Assembly: GCA_903813345.2 (NCBI GenBank)
Contig: CAIIXF020000001.1
Location: 8,308,001-8,372,000 of the forward strand
DNA from: Owenia fusiformis
Taxonomy: Eukaryota
Direction: 5' to 3'
Length of the DNA stretch: 64,000 nucleotides
How positions within the stretch are numbered: position 1 is the first letter of the stretch; every line of letters begins with the position of its first letter. The translations under genes and the position numbers were made by a program. Shown piece after piece: positions 60,211 to 64,000 of this stretch. The notes below the pieces were generated by a model that searched no databases, had not been told where the DNA came from, and was given only the letters and a program-made list of their open reading frames with translations.

Positions 60211-62954
60211 ACCCTTAAGAAAAAACGCTTGTTTTCTCCTCATGTGGTTAAAAGATGACCTTTTTTAACCACATTTTTACCACTCAAGATATGTAAAAGT
60301 GTGGTTGTGGTCACCTGTTTTGACACTCCTAAAAGTGTGGACCCCACTGGTATTTCTTCCACAGTTCCAGGAAATATCTCTCCATAGTTTCTCCTCATAA
60401 TGAGAAAGTGTGGTCAAGGTGTTACCAAAACTATGGAAGAGCAGGACATTCACCTTAATATGATTTAAGGTTACCATATTATTTATAGAGGTTAAAAGGG
60501 TTAATGCTTGTTAAATAAATTTTTGGATTTACTGTAGATGATATTCTGGTATCTAAATTGTTTCATGCATCTTTTTCATCATCAAACAAATATTTTATTA
60601 AACATATGTGACACAAATGAGAATGTTGTATGATTGAAGCATGACTTATTTGTCTCAATTATTATTGATTTATTGGTGTATATTTTAATCATCAAACTAA
60701 ATGTCTAAATATAGGACCAAATATCTGGGAAACAAAATCAAAATCAAAATCAACCTTAATTTTTATTCACTATCAAAGAGGATGATGTTTGAATATGACT
60801 ATTCATCGTTCATTGAAGGCTGTATGCACCTTTCACCTGATTGTGACCAATGACAATTCTGCAGTAAATTTTGTGAAACATATAAAAAGTGTAAGCATTG
60901 GAGATTAATAACAGTAAATAAAAAAATGAGCATTTGCTATTCATACCAAGGTTAAGATTGAGTCTATTGCCAGGTAGGATGGGTTGTTCTGTTATGAGAA
61001 ATCTAACAATTTTAAGCAGTGTAAAAACTAAATTGAATTAAAAGAATTCCATTATATATAAAAACCACTGACCATACAATTCAAAGGTGTGGGTCGGGTG
61101 TGGTAAAAGTGTGGTTTGGAGATGGTATAAGAGCAGTACAGGTATGGGTGATGTGCAATATGAATAATAAAAAGTGTGGACTAAAAGTGTGGGGAAAGTG
61201 TGGTCTTTAAGTCAACAAACCAAAAATTGTTTACATAAGTTATAACAACAATGTTTAGTTCCACAGCTAGGACAAAATGAGTTTATTATTCAGATCTGGA
61301 TCAGATATAGATTTAATGAAAATTAGCATCTAAGATCAATCATTATACTTATAATTATTTATCATGTAATTAATTATTATCAAATAATTATTAATGATAC
61401 TGAAAAAGAGACACATTGAAGTGACGAGTCTGGACTGAACATACAGAGGCAATCAGAACATGCCACCTAGATAGATATCATATTTTAGTACATTTTTAAG
61501 CACAAAATGTACAGAAAAGTATCATTTAGATGGATTGAATTATCAGTTAAAACTCCTTACAAATCTGAAATATGGTCCCCAAGCACAATAATGTACATTG
61601 CAAATGTTTACAATAAGGCAAAGTTATGTTAGACCTTCACTGAAAATAGAAGAAAAATACACTTCGACCAATTTACGAAAAAAGGATCACATGATTATGA
61701 GTATAAATATCTCCCACAAAATGCATCAAGTTGGGTTGTTGCTATAGAACAACATACTATCAACCTTTGGTATCAACTTAAACTGTGTTTTTCAGAATCT
61801 CATAGTTTTTACTAAAACTGCTTTTAATAATCTGTCCATATAACTGTAGCCTTAAGGCTTAGGGTGATTAAGTACAAAATATGTCATGGAAAATATACTG
61901 ATATTAATGGTTAAATAAAAATCACATTGCTGGGTTTCCTCATTTGCAAGAATATAAGGTTTTTGAAAAGATATTTAGGACTTAATTTTTCCACAAAGCA
62001 CATTCTTGAATGTGTAATAACAAGTTAACTGACTCATTGAGCTATTGTTTTTATAAACATATCAGCAACATCCTTTTCTTATTTAATCATTAGATTTAGA
62101 CTCTTGATTAGAATTATAATCTCATTATTAAAATTAACATTGATATAATTCAAATAAATTCACTAACTACAGGTATTACTTTAATTCTTGTGACTCTTCA
62201 AGTCTTTGATGTCTAAGAAATAATAAAATCATGTCTGGACTATATTTTAACATATTGATTACATGTATTTGTATCCTTTTAATACAGCAGACACATCCTG
62301 TTATTCTTTAATATTAGTCTCATAATAAGATTAGTCAGTTCAGTCAAAATAATCTTCAGTTTAGAGTAACTAATTTTAAATACTTTGTTTTATATTCATG
62401 CAAACTTCTGATCTACCTAAATAGAAAAGTCGAGCATCAATCCCGGGAGCATCATTCATTTGCCTCTAATCCTTATGTCATTTTACTGAAATATTTTGTA
62501 AAGAATCTCCCTATGCTTCGATCATACAACATTCTCATATTTGCGATATGCATAATGGAATATTTGAAAGAAGATGCTTAAAACAATTTAGATGCCAGAA
62601 TAACAGGTATAGCACTGGCTTATCATGTTCGGTATATCCTAAAATATTTTATGGCAACCATTAACCCTTTTTACCCCTATTAACAATATGGTAATCTTAA
62701 ATCATATCAATGTGAATGTCCTGCTTCTCCATAGTTTCATGAACACCTTAACCACACTTTTTCATTATGAGGAGAAACTATGGGAAGATGTTTCTTGGAA
62801 CTGTGGAAGAAATACCAGTGGGGTCCACACTTTTATGTGTGTCAAAACAGGTGGCCACAACCACACTTTTACATATCTTGAGTGGTAAAAATGTGGTTAA
62901 AAAAGGTCATCTTTTAACCACATGAGGAGAAAACAAGCGTTTTTTCTTAAGGGT
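60211..62954. mobile_element. 2.7-kb non-autonomous DNA transposon with about 300-370-bp TIRs (possibly CMC-type)
   Basis: ACCCTTAAGAAAAAACGCTTGTTTTCTCCTCATGTGG... is mirrored at 62954. The mirror-image ORFs 60277..60477(-) and 62688..62888(+) arise from the TIRs. Confidence 0.88.
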
Positions 62955-64000
62955 GACCCACAAACAATGTAGGTCAGGAGTGCAATAGGTGTGGGGGTAT
63001 TTAGGTGTACTTTAGTACCTTGTGGAGAAGTACAACTAATCTATCTGTCTATTGCATGAAGAACATCTTAAGTACCCCTCACCTATTGCTTAAAAGCACA
63101 TCAAAAATATGCCCATCTACGTGTAGTAAGAGTAACTACAAAATATGCAATAAATGCAGGTTATAGTGTTGGGACTTAAACTAAAAATCCAACTCATGTC
63201 AGAATTGACCTCTAATCTGAATTAGTTAAGAACTGTTTAAACTGACAGCATGCTCAATGTTTTGTTTTCCTGAAGATCTGAAGTTTTGAGTCCTTATTTA
63301 ACAGAACCTTCCCAGGCTATTCATTAAAAGAGACAAAACATCGCCTTTGAGAAATGAACACAAGAACCAAGGTAACATGATTCAAGTCCAATGATGTCAT
63401 AAAGAAAATAAAACAGCAACTAATCTGCATAGTGACTGTAACCATGTAGAACAGCATCCTTATAGTGATGTCATAAGCATTAGAACAACATATTGAAAAT
63501 GACATAATAAACATCTATTGTTTAGAATTTGGAGTTCTTTATGACATCACACTTGTTGTGACCATAGTTACAAACTTTTGTTATTGATACATAATCTGTA
63601 ACTATTTGGATCATTCTGAATCTTGACTTGAAACTGAAAACAGTTCTGGAGACGTTGAGGACAGACAATCAAGAAAAAGATTATCAATAAAAATTAAATT
63701 CGCAAAGTATCTAGGATGCTTTTTGGTCTCGTTATAGAGGTCCATGTGGCCCATATGTTGTTTGGAGAAAAGATAGACGACTCTAAAGAAAAGAAACTAA
63801 AGAAAGGTAAATTGAAATCGTATGACAAAAATTTTGCCAGACACACAAAAATTGGCATTTTATTTTTACAATGTGAGACATATTTCAACACTGTTTCATT
63901 AGCACTGAATAACAACTTGAAAGCCTTCTTATACTCAGAAAAACCTTTACACCTATCCCAGGGCTGTCAACTTGGGACCACCTAATATGAGTGACTTACA

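Noticed and set aside
60277-62888. Pair of near-identical 66-aa ORFs on opposite strands
   Set aside because: They are mirror images within the TIRs of one element, with non-domain sequence.

Overview
AT-rich, intron-rich animal genomic DNA, most consistent with a marine invertebrate such as a lophotrochozoan (inferred, not proven). By following GT-AG sites and reading frames I reconstructed four protein-coding genes. (1) A cationic amino acid transporter (SLC7A/CAT, slimfast-like) on the minus strand, with 6 coding exons at 15454..2349 that continue off the left edge. (2) An intronless DEG/ENaC-family channel (6098..7810, +) nested antisense in a CAT intron, with substitutions in the HG gating motif and the TM2 glycines. 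(3) A 13-exon insulin receptor substrate (IRS/chico-like) gene (31713..52830, +; about 1710 aa) with PH and PTB domains and about 25 YxxM motifs, 12 of them in a tandem coding repeat. (4) Exosome subunit EXOSC6/MTR3 (minus strand, 7 exons at 60070..56597), tail-to-tail with IRS. The non-coding DNA holds a 5'-truncated LINE, a deleted mariner and many MITEs with readable TSDs. These include a nested transposon pile upstream of IRS, a TTAA element carrying a tRNA-Gly-derived sequence, CAC/5-bp-TSD (Transib-like) mini elements and 20-23 bp palindromic insertions. There are several minisatellites, three of which duplicate IRS splice acceptors. No prokaryotic features or CRISPR array are present. 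All calls were made by eye, without database searches.
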